Below are positions 39,244-51,200 of a stretch of DNA of 64,000 nucleotides, piece by piece; position 1 is the first letter of the stretch, and every line of letters begins with the position of its first letter. The position numbers were made by a program, and so were the translations under genes. The notes below the pieces were generated by a model. The model had not been told where the DNA came from. It saw nothing but the letters and a program-made list of their open reading frames with translations, and did not search any database. The stretch is from Candidatus Omnitrophota bacterium (GTDB lineage Bacteria > Omnitrophota > Gorgyraeia > 2-01-FULL-45-10), in contig JAGVGJ010000010.1 of assembly GCA_020057115.1 (NCBI GenBank), forward strand, positions 615 to 64,614, in the 5' to 3' direction.

Positions 39244-42200
39244 TTGAAGACAAATAGACAAATAAAAAAATTCCCATTATTCATCAGGATCATTGCGACT
39301 ATATTACTGGTCACTTTTTTAGTCCAGGATATAGCGTGGGCGCATCCTGACCCATTTACAAAAGATCCTTCCCGTCATGCAACACTTGCTCCGGAGCCGA
39401 TGTTTGACCATCCGGAAGACAAAGTTACGGCAATTTCAACATTACTCCAATCAAAGATAGAAAGTCACGGCGTCTTTAAGGGTAATGTATCGCTTACTGC
39501 CGTTGAACACATACTGGATCTTGAGGATATCTCCAAATGGTGTGACGAAAACAAGATCGCTATTTCCACGGAGCACACGTTCACGGGCAAACCTACGGAG
39601 ATACGCCTGGTGATGCCGCACGGCCGCGTGCTGCGTTATTATGACCCAAATATAAAGACACACGAGAATAAGGATACGGCTGCTCGCGGTACGGTAGTTC
39701 GCATTAATGCCAATTTATCTAAGCAGGCCATCGAATCAAATGATTTTTACAAGAAAAACTCGCAGGTCGGCACAACCTCAACGCATGTTGATCTTCAGGC
39801 GGCGATACGAAAAGAAAAGTCATCCGCTCACATCTCTCCGTTCCAGAAAGTCCACCCATCTCTGTACGAGCGCATATCCAACTACGGATTGATCGCCGTT
39901 TCGGCAGGGCTTATCCTTGCGTATTGGCTCATAGATACGATAGCGTATATGTATGTATTCTCAGATTCAGACGTCCTCTCCGCCCTTATGCCAAGCGACC
40001 CGTACAGGTATTTTACACGCGCGGTAACCGCATGCATGATCTTTCTTTTTGGTTCGGTTATTCAATTTTTCGTGAACAGGAACAAGAAGAGGTCCATAGC
40101 GCTGTCGGAGAGAAACCATATGTTCTTCCAGGTATTTATGGATATGGGCGTGGCTGCGCACAGGCTGGACATTTCCGGTAATATACTGGATGTAAATACC
40201 AAGTGGTGCGAGTGGATGGGGTATAAGCGCGAAGAGGTCATAGATCGACCCATATTTGATTTTATAGACCCTGAGCATAGGGGCAATGCAAGGGACCGTC
40301 TACTTGGCAGGATAAGGGGATTTACTGAGGTCGAGATACCGCAGAGGACAGGCGACAGGAGATATATAAGGAAGGATGGCACGGCGATACTTTCCGACAC
40401 ATTCCATACGATATTAAAAGACAGGTTCGGCCGTCCGATAGAGATATTGACCCAATTCAGGGACATCACGGAACAGCGCAGTATGGAAAAGGAGCTTGAG
40501 AAGAGCTTGAAGGAGCTGAAGCTTGTGAGCGATACAGATAAGCTGACAGGCGCGTATAGCAGGAACTTCTGGGACAGGCAATTCAATGCCATACTTGAGG
40601 CATTCAGCCGTACGAAGATACCGATATCCGCGATAATGTGCGATCTGGACGATTTTAAAATCGTGAATGACACGCATGGTCATGCAACCGGAGATGAAGT
40701 TTTGAAAGAATACGCCAGGGTCATGCTAGCAGACCGCAGGAAGACAGACTTTGTCATACGAGCCGGCGACAAGGGAGACGAGTTCATAATAATCCTTTTC
40801 AATACAGATGCCAAGGGCGCGTCTATAGCGGCTAATCGTATTCTTGAAAATCTAGCCACGGATCATAATGTGTTAAGTCCTGACGGAAAGCCCATATCCA
40901 TAAGGGCGAGCATGGGGGTCGCCCAGTTCCGCGAAGGCCAGACGAAGGAAGATCTTGTAAAGGCGGCGGATGAGGCCCTTTATATTGCTAAACAGTCCGG
41001 AAAGAGCAAGGTAGTAGTGACGGCGCCTTCTTCCGCGCTTAGCGAAGGGGATGCTTCGCCTGAGAGCAAGATGGCCTTCAAGCGCGTAGTTGAGAATATA
41101 AGGACAAAGCCGCGCAAATATTCCGATATCACCATAAGCGAAAAGTTTATATCCAACATGGCAGAGATAAGAAACAGGCTCCGCAAACTTGGCATCGAGG
41201 ATATCCTTGGAGACTTAAGAGATCTGCGCGTTCTGACGACAGATGCGGTGGTCTTGGGGCACGGAGATTTTTCTGTAGGTTTTTATTCAAAGGCTGAGGA
41301 CGATAAAAATAATCTTATCTCCGTGCTCGGTGAAGACGGGTTCAATAAACTCTTCCCAAGGCCTACGCTCGTCCTGCCCAGGGAGATGTTCGATGAATAC
41401 GACGAGCTTATACAGCAGGATTACATACTCCACAGGATAATATGCCATTCCAAGGGGCATCATACTTCCATGTTCATACAGCAGGCGGTCTATCCCGAGA
41501 ATTACAATTATGGGGCGTATGAAGAGGAGGCCGGCAAAAAATATATGCCTGGCTGTAAGGGCGACCCCTCCAAGCCGTTTAAAGGGCGGACCGGAGAGGC
41601 TATACAAAATATCATAAACGCCATCACAAAAGACCCTATCACCACGGTAATTATGCATGACCTGAAGAACAAGATACAGGGAGGATATGTCCTCGACCTG
41701 GTATTGAATAAATACAAAAAAGATGGTTCGGCGTTATCCGAGGACCTGCTAATGCTGAAGAAATACAGAGATATGATGGGATCTATGGGCAAGACGACGC
41801 TATCATTCTATGCAAATGGCGCCAATGAGACCGAGGCCATCACGGCGCTCAGCGATATGCTCCCAGAGCTTAAGAAGATGACGACTGCCATCAAGTTAAA
41901 GCTTCGATACGGGGCATTCGACTATGACATGGAAGATAAAGAAAAAATAGCGATAGTCATAAAGAACAGCGAAGAAGGGGTTGTCCCCGGCATCAATACA
42001 GCCATCAATATGCTCGGCCGCTCTCCGGAAGAGATCGACGTAGGGAGATTCATAGAAGATATAATTTCCAGGGCAAAATCGATCTTTATAATACCGGAAA
42101 ACACGAGAGTGGATCTGTCCATACCAAGCGAAGTAAGGCGTCTCAGCGGTATCCTTACATACAAGCTTATACTAAAGCTGACGCTTGAAGAGCTTTTAAA

Positions 42201-45200
42201 GAATGCCTCAGTGGACGGTCAAGCCAACAGGATAAAGGTCTCGGTCTCTGCAACAAGCGAGGGAGAGCTTAAGGTCATGGTGAGAGATTACGGCAAGGGC
42301 ATGTCCGAGGAGAGCTTAAAACGGCTCTTCATGCCCGGTAATGCCGCAGTCGAAGATAAGCGTTACGGCTCGGGTTACGGCCTGGCTGTCCTCAAAGAGG
42401 CCATAGATTCCGTTGGGGGGACCATAATTTACGACAACAAGGTCACCGATGGGCCCTCTTTTACATTCACGCTTCCTTTGGATGCCCCGCTGGACAAACT
42501 TAAGCGGCGTGCGCTGAAAGAGCCGCTCATGGTCGCCATGTGCGGGCGCCGCGGGTCAGGCAGGAGCACGGTCGGCCGCATGATCGCAGCCACTTTCGGT
42601 TTGCGCTATGTCAACTCCGGGTTCATATTAAGGGCGGTGCTGTATAAGCTTATTGAGGCGAAGAAGAGAGGCTCCCCGGTTGATCTGGGTGATCCTAAAG
42701 CTGTCGGCGCATTCGCGCAGGATTTCTTTGAAAAGAAGAGGATAGACTATTCAAAAGAGCCTGTCGGGATAGATGGCGTGGATAGCGCCAGTATCCTTGT
42801 GGATGGCTTAAGCCTGCGCGACAAGATAAAGATGCTTATATCGAATAAAGAATTCACAGACGGGCAGTCGAACGAGGAGTGGATGCACCGAGTGGCCGGC
42901 TATAAGACCGTCGACGAAGCCCTTGAAAATTTTATAAGGACGCTTGCCGTAGAGACAAAGGCATACGGCAAGTATAACGGCATAATAAGGATGGCTTCGG
43001 ACCCTGTCAAGAACGAGGATATTATCAATATAATGCTCGACGCCCCTACCTATATAAGGGCCAAGAGGTCCAATACCCCCATAGAAGAGATAGAGAAGCT
43101 TGATAGCGCTACCGGCAGAAAGAGCATGACCGGCAGGTATGCCAGGGTGGACATGATGATAGATACTGCGCACCTTACTGTGCGGCAGGCAGCCATACAG
43201 GCCATACGCTACATAGACGCAAGGGTGCTGTCGAAGGAGGCTGCCGATGGATTTATAAGCCAGGGCGACGCGGCATTTACAAGGATGGCTGAAAATATCG
43301 CATCCGGCAAGGTCGTGGATGCGACGCACGACCCGAGAATAGTGCTTGATATAGAGCGCCTGAAGAACCGCTTGGGTTTGCGTTCGATCGACGATCTCAT
43401 GGGAGCAGGATCGGCAGTGCGCATACTCGTGACCAATGATGTCGTGATAAACGAAAAAGATTTTGCGCTGGGGCTCTATTCCGAATCGCCTGCCGTCAAG
43501 GCGCGGCTTATCCAGGTAATGGGAGAGGAAAAATTTAAACTGGCTTTTCCCAGACCTACCCTGGTATTGACGACCGAGGTGCTTCTTAATAAAGATGAGA
43601 ATATAAGGCAGGAATATATCTATCATGAGGCGATATGCCATGCGAAAGGGCATTATGAGGCCATCCTCGCCCAACAGAAGGTATTCCCGAAAAATTATAC
43701 GGGCGACTGCGAGGAGGGAGCAAACGGCCTTAAGTATGTGCGGGGTTTTGCCGGAGTGAAGGATAAGCCGTTCAAAGGCCGGTTAGGGAGCGCTCTTACA
43801 GCCACGATCAAGATGGCTACCGATCCTATAATAAGAGAGGTGCTGCATGATCTTAACAGTAAGTTCAGTACCGCGGGCGGCTTTGCTTTATACTCCGTAT
43901 TAAAGCGGTATTCGGAGGAAGAGATCGAAGCAGACAAAAGGCTCAAATTGCTTAAAGAATATTGTGCCCTGACGCTGGAGCTCAGGAACGCGTGTATCGG
44001 TTATCTTAGCGGGGAAGCGACCATGTCGGATGTCATGGATATATTTAATGAGCACCTGAAGAGGTTCACGTCATTGACCAGCAGCATTACCGAAAGATTT
44101 AATAACAACGAATATAACGATACCGAGAGGTCCAAGAACGGCATGAAAGTGCTGGTCGAGTATAGCGGCGTATCCATAAACCTCATGAACAGGGCCATGA
44201 ACTGGATAGGCAGGTCTATGGACTCTGTGGATGTAGAAGGCTATCTTGCAAATATCATAGGATCATACAGGGCATCGTTAAAAGAGAGCGCCACGCACGG
44301 AAATAAGTATGTAGAGATAAATGACGCCAAGATATCTCCCGAAGCAAGGCGCCTGAAAGATATCTTCACCTATAAAGAAGTCTTGCGCATGACCATAGAG
44401 GAGCTCGTAAAGAATGCTTTAAAATACAGCGGTACGGATAGTATCGATATAGAGGCATCTCTCACCAAGGACGGCGATCTTGAGTTCAAGGTCATAGACC
44501 ATGGTAAAGGCATCCCTGCGGATACGCTGAAAAAATTATTCACCCCGGGTTTCACGGAAGCTAAAGATTCCAGGATAGGAACAGGCTACGGCCTCGTGTC
44601 TCTCAAAGATGCCATAGGATCGGTAGGGGGCTCGATAAATGTAGAGAGCAAGGTCGGCGAGGGGACCACCTTCATATTTACTCTGCCGGCTAACGGAGAG
44701 ATAGGCGCCCTTAACAGGCCCAAGCTCTATGACCCGATCATAGTAGCCGTGAGCGGCTTGAGAGGGTCGGGTAGGACGGTGGTGTCGCGCTGGATCGCTT
44801 CAAGGCTGGGCTTGAGATATATAAATCCGCGGTTCATGATGAGGGCCATGGTAGCGACGCTTCTCGAAGCCAGAAAGAATGGCCGCGCCATCGACCTGAA
44901 AGACGGGGATGCCGTAGCCGCATTCGCCGAAGAGTTCTTCGGCAAAAGGAGGCTCGACTATTCTGTTGAACCTGTAAAGCTGGACGGCGTCGATACTTCT
45001 GTTCCGGATGAGAAGGACGGTCTCTCGCTGCGCGACAAGATAAAGACAGAGATAGACGACGGCATTACCGATGGAGAACCGAATACCACCATACTTGACA
45101 ATATAGCGCACTATAAAGGGGTCCAGGCAGCGCTTGAGAAGTTCATAAAATCGATCGCAAGCGAAGTAAGGGCATCCGGCAAATATAACGGCGTCATCCG

Positions 45201-48200
45201 GCCCGGGACGGAACCCGTAAAAGATAATGAAGTCATAAATATAATGCTGGACGCTTCGTCCTATATAAGGGCCTCCAGGGCCAATAGGGGCATGGATTGG
45301 ATAGCGTCAAAGGACGAACTCACTGACAGGAAAAATATGGCCGACAAGCATCCGTATATTGACATCATAGATACTTCATACAGCACGGTCGAGGAGACAG
45401 GAGCGCGCGCGCTGGGTTATATAATGGGACATATCCCTATCACAGACGGTATGGTGAGAAAAGGCGACAAGGCGTTCCGCAGGATGGTAGGCAATGTCAT
45501 TGCCGGGAATTTCGCGGAGACAGGGCTCATGGTAGCGCCTGACCTCGAGAATGTCGCGAAGATAACAGGGGCCTCATGCATGGAAGAGCTGATAGGAAGC
45601 GATAAGCCGCTCCGCGTCCTTGTCACCAATGCCGTTGTCTTGAACCAGTCCGACTTTTCTTTCGGGTTCTATTCGCATGCTCCGCCCATAATGGCAAAGA
45701 TAATCTCTTTAGTGGGCGAGGATACCTTTAATAGCACATTCCCGGAGCCGACACTTATCCTATCGGCCGAGATACTCGCCAATCCCAGTCCTCAGATCCG
45801 CCAAGAACACATCCTTCACGAGATATTCTGCCATACTAAAGGCCATTCTCCGGCTGTCTTCGAAGAGCAGAGGCTCTTCCCCGGAAATTATAGTGCCGGT
45901 ACGTTCGAAGAGCGCGGCAGTAAAAAATATATAGCAGGCTACGCCTGGAATGAGGCGATGCCTTTTGACGGCGCGTTCGGGGATGCCCTACGCCAGGTGA
46001 TCGACAAGAAGCTTGCCACGACCACGACCGGAGAATTTGCCCGGCCCAAGGGGAAGGAACATACGAAGACCAGCGCCGCCTTTATGACGGCCGATCTGAT
46101 CGCGCAGGCCGAGAAACTTAAAACGACGAGCATGCAGGAGCAGGCATGTGCTCTTATATTGAAGGCCTTGAGCATCGTCGCGGAATCAGACCAGCCTGTG
46201 CCGTACGAAAACATAGCAAATATCAGGGCTTTTATCTGGGACGAAAGATCCAGCGGGCACGTGCCGGTGAATTTCGATGTCCTGTTGCCGGTCATCGATG
46301 AATATATGAATGACTGCAACCTGACGAAATTTCGCATAAAACTGAGCGCTTTGCGCAAGCACATAGAGTCGACATATACCAATATCTTGGCGATGTATAT
46401 CTATAAACAGCTGTCTCATCTATTTTTCAATTCGCTCCCGACCATCACGAGGTTTACCATATTGATATCTTCCAGGAAATACCCGAACGATCCGTCGCTT
46501 AAAGAGATGATAGAGCTCTCAAGCGAGATGGATCGTTCCATGCGTAACCTCGGCGATGAATCGAACAGGTTAAGGAGCGTCGATTCTCTTATGAATTTTC
46601 TTACGGTATCCGATGAATCACTTTCAAGACAAAGGGCGCTCCTAGATGCGTTCAGAGCCGAGCATCCGGAGCTGCTGCGTCTCGACAGCCGCCTCAGGGG
46701 CAACATAGAAGCTATAAACGCTGAGCTCGAGAAGCTCGCGAGAGCGCGGAGCTTGCTGGCGCTTACGCTCGGTAACAAGCCTTCGCTCGAAGAGATAGCG
46801 GAGAGGGTCGATCTTGTAGTCGCCAAGATGGAGACCGGCGTTAAGACGCCGCGCATCGCATGGGTGGGCGGTCTGGTGCCATATTCCAATACTCTCTCCA
46901 CGGTGAAGGAAGGCGAGCCGGTCAAGGTAAGCATGCGTGTATATATACCGGGCTTTACTCCTCAGGAGATAGACTCAAAAACAGGTATCAAGAAATTTGC
47001 CGAAGGCTTCATAAGGGCCGAGATATGGACGAATGCCATATCTGATCCGGAGGCCAGTTCGGTGGAGGCCTTCAAACCGATAGATATGCGTTTTGACGGC
47101 GTAGGAGGGCGGGAAGGGCATGATTACATATTTACAGGCTTTATCCCTGCAAAATATGCCAGCCAGATAGACAGTAATGGCAGGCCGAAAGAATTCCGTT
47201 TTACGGCCCGAGCCGCTATAAAGAATGAGCTCGGAGGTATAGAAGGGGAATGGGCATATTCCGATAATCCGTATAAGACGAATGTCAACTGGCATGGCGA
47301 CGGAAGGATCGTCGTTCTGTCCAGGGATCCGGAAGAGGACCGCGGCAATCTGGTTGGGAGGGTCTTCAGCGATACGAACGGCAAGGATCAGGTGACTCAT
47401 AAGATATCCGGAAGGATCGAGAAGGGCTTCCTCAACAACGACTACCTCGTCCTTTACGGCGAGGATGGAAAGGTCTTATACGCTAAGGATGGCAAAGAGG
47501 CGCGTGTTAAACTTGAAAGTCCGGCCGTTAAGACAGATCTTGGCTATATTGTATACATGCTTGAGCCAAATGACCATATTCACGGTTTCGCCAGCCGCGA
47601 TAAAGTATTTATGGCAGATTTCATGTTCTATGACAGGGTCCTTTCGTATCATGAGATGAAAGAGGCATACTATAGCGTCCATCCGGATGAGGTTCCTGAA
47701 GGCATAGAACCGCACACTTATTTAAGAGGTTGCGGCAAAGGCATTAGGAACACGGCCGCTTATGCGGTACGTTACGAAAACCTTGATAAAAATTTTACCG
47801 CCGGTCAGCTTAAAACATGGATGAAAAATTCTCTGGCGCCTGAGGATAGGGGCACAGATTCCGAGATGCGGCTCATCGAACATAACGCTTCCAAGGGCAA
47901 GAAGGGCATGGAGCTTCTGTATGGTGAGCAGGACAGGGTATTCGGCCCGAAAGCCAACATGAGGGCCACGGAAAAGATATCAGGGAAGATAAAGAACAGA
48001 AATGATTATAGCCTAAGCAGGGACAAGGTCGTCCTTGTGGTAGAGTTGATGAAATTAAGGCCCGAGGCATTCCCTAACAGCATCGATGCAACCGTCAAGA
48101 TGTTGGGCGAAGGTTTTGATGTATTCAAGAAATATGATTTCCAGGGGCATACGCCTGTTGATGCGGCGCATTATCATTCGGACTACAAGAAGTGGCATGG

Positions 48201-51200
48201 AGCCTTGCTAAAGCTTATAGAATCCGATCCGTCCGTCCCGGCGCATTTTGATAGCATCTCAATGTCCTCCTTGCTTGAAGCCTTGCGCGATCAATACGGT
48301 TATATCAATGCCAAACTCAATTGGGCATGGGCTATTGAGGGCATGTGGAAAGATACGCTTGACGGTATGGAAAAGTATCCCAGAGAGAGCCAGATGGCGA
48401 GGTTCAAGGGCTTGGGCATATTTAAGCGGCACGATGATTTCATGAAGGATTATGCGGGTTCATATTATATAGAGAATGACGATGCTGTTAATAAGGCTAT
48501 GAAAGCGGTGGAAGAGACGCTAGGTTTTATAAATTCACGGGTGCCGTCGATATTTGTTAAGGACGAAAAGCCTGATGGGTCTGCTCCGGTAGCCGCCATA
48601 AAGAAGAATGCTCCACTGGGAGAACGTGCTATCAATTTTATGAAGAGCGGCAGGGCCAGCGAGATCGCCCAGTTCGTAGCGCTCGCTTTCATAATCTCTA
48701 TCGCATTATCCTGGGTTCTTCCGGCTAATTGGCTCACATTGTCTATAGCTATCATAGTTCCTATTACGCTCTTCTTCTTGTTGCCATGGACATGGAAGAC
48801 ATTGCTTGTGAATGTCGCGATAAGCGTCGTACTCTGGTATTGGCTGCCCTTGCCATGGTTCGGGCTCTCTATGGCCATTCTTACGATCGCAAACGTCGCT
48901 AAACACAACATAAAATTAAAGCCCCATCTTAAGCCTGAGGCTGTCCCTGCGGAAAGATCGGTTTTAGAGGAGAAGAAAGCCGAAAAAATATTATCCGATA
49001 TAACCATAGATAGAGAAATATTGGCCCGCATCCTGAAAGCGATAGAAGTTTCCAAAGAAGGGACCGATAAGGCCGATGCCAATGATGCGTTAAAGAAGCT
49101 CGACGATGCCGATATCATAACGCAGCTATTCGATTTCGGTTCAGGGACAAAAGGGTATGAAAAACCCGTTAAAGAAACCAAGGAGAAGCTGCGGCTCGGC
49201 GTAAGAAGGGCGTTCGATGATATCAAGGGCGGTCTCAACATAGAGTACAAGGATATGATAGAGCGCCTCAAGAACTGGAAGAATGAGAATGATGAAGCTT
49301 TAGCCGGAGCTCTCCAGGACCTGTCCCAGGAAGTCATGGATTTTATTATAAATTCGAATCATGCGGCAGACAATAAAGTCGACAGGCTTGCCGTAAGAGA
49401 GCTTATAGCCGAAGAGTGCGGGATAGATGCCGCGAGGTCAGAAACTATAAGGCTAAGGATGGCGCTGGATGTGCAGAAGGATGACGTAGCTTCAAATGAG
49501 ATGATAGGATCCGCATCAGCGAATGACCATTTCTTCCTGGCCGCTCTCCAGCTCAAATTTGGGAATTACATCAAGGCAGAGGAGAGCTTCGGACGCGCAG
49601 TAGACCTTGACCCGACCAATGCCGATTACAGGCTTGCGCTCGGGCTCGTTGAACATATATTTAGAAAATGGATGGCTGCGCGGACAGCTTATAATGCTGC
49701 TTCGAACTTCTATGATATCGAGGCCGGTGTATCGAAAGCCGCAAAGGCCAAGAAGGAACTTGCGGAATTCCTGAGGGAGAAAGCGCGCGCCGAAGCGCCT
49801 CTCATTATGGAGAAGAAAACCAACGGCAACTTGATCGGGAAACTATTCATAGACAAAGCCGCTACCGTTCAGATCAAAGAGGGCGTTATAGCCAAAGAAG
49901 AGATGGGCATCCTTAAGTTCTTCGCCCCCAATGGAGATATCCTTTATACCAAGAGCGGCGTTCCGGCGGCAGTGAAACTGACCGGCCAGATAATAAAGAC
50001 AAAGTCAGGCCACCAAATAAAGATCGTAGAGGACAATGAACATATACGCGGGTTCGCAGATAAGGATAATGCTTATCTTGCAGACTCCTTCGCAAAGAAT
50101 CCCATCGCCAAATACCATGAATTACAAGAGTCACATTACGCCGCCCACCCTGAAGAACTTCCCAAAGGCGTCAATTCCCATACCTATATAAGAGGATGCG
50201 GCAATGATGCCAGAGAAGCTTTAAGGACATCAAGAAAGAAAGATCTCCAGGATATCACCGCAGACGACCTCATCAAATACTTGAAGAAGAGGCTGCCGAA
50301 AGAAAGGCATAATGAGAATGAGTTCAACCTCATCAGATATAACGGCGAGCAAGGTAGAAAAGGGCTTGACCTTATATATGGCCTGCAGGATAGGGAATTC
50401 GGAGTAGAGGCAAATGAGCTATTCAGCGATGCGCTTATTATATTAGAGAAGCCTGAGCCTGCCGCCCAAGCTGCGCCTAAGACACAGCTAAGGACTGCTG
50501 ACGAAGTATTGTTCCGCGACTATTTTGAGGACCTGTTCGAGAAAAATATAGAAATGTTCATGCTCCTGTCGGTAAGGATGATGGGTAGCGATGCCGAAAA
50601 GAAGAGCGTTTTAAAGCGCCGGAATGCGCTCGTGCAGGAGCTTCTCGCGCTGACCGATAAATACAGGTCGCAGGATTTCGCAAAAGAGGAATACAGGAAA
50701 GTAGTCACATTTGTAAATGAAAAGATATTAAGGACTGTCGAGTTGGTAGACGGTGACAATGAACCGGCTGCTGCCTGGTGCTTGTTCGGCGCCATAAATG
50801 TGATAAGCGATACGCGCCTTGAGATGCAGGCCAAATGGCTCTCGGGAATAAAAGAACGCCGCGCCAGGATCTGGCGAAACGGCGGCATACTCACATATCC
50901 GAGAGGCGGCTATCGCATATTGGAAGGCTCGAAGCGCACTGTTATCGACCGCACGGAAGCCACGTTCAGCTCCATGTGGGAGGTTATGCGCTCGCTGTTC
51001 CATCAGGTGGACGGAGAGCTTGAAGAGAAGCGGAAAGTGTCCGGCCTGATATATGAGATAGACGGTTTCATGCTGGAGCTTTTCGACAAGAACTATGAGC
51101 TTAATGACGATGAGCGCGCCGCTATGAGCAAAAAGATCGGCCTCCTGGCAGCTTCCATGGCAAAGGAGAAAGGCGAGCTGAAGTATGAAGATAAGCGTAT

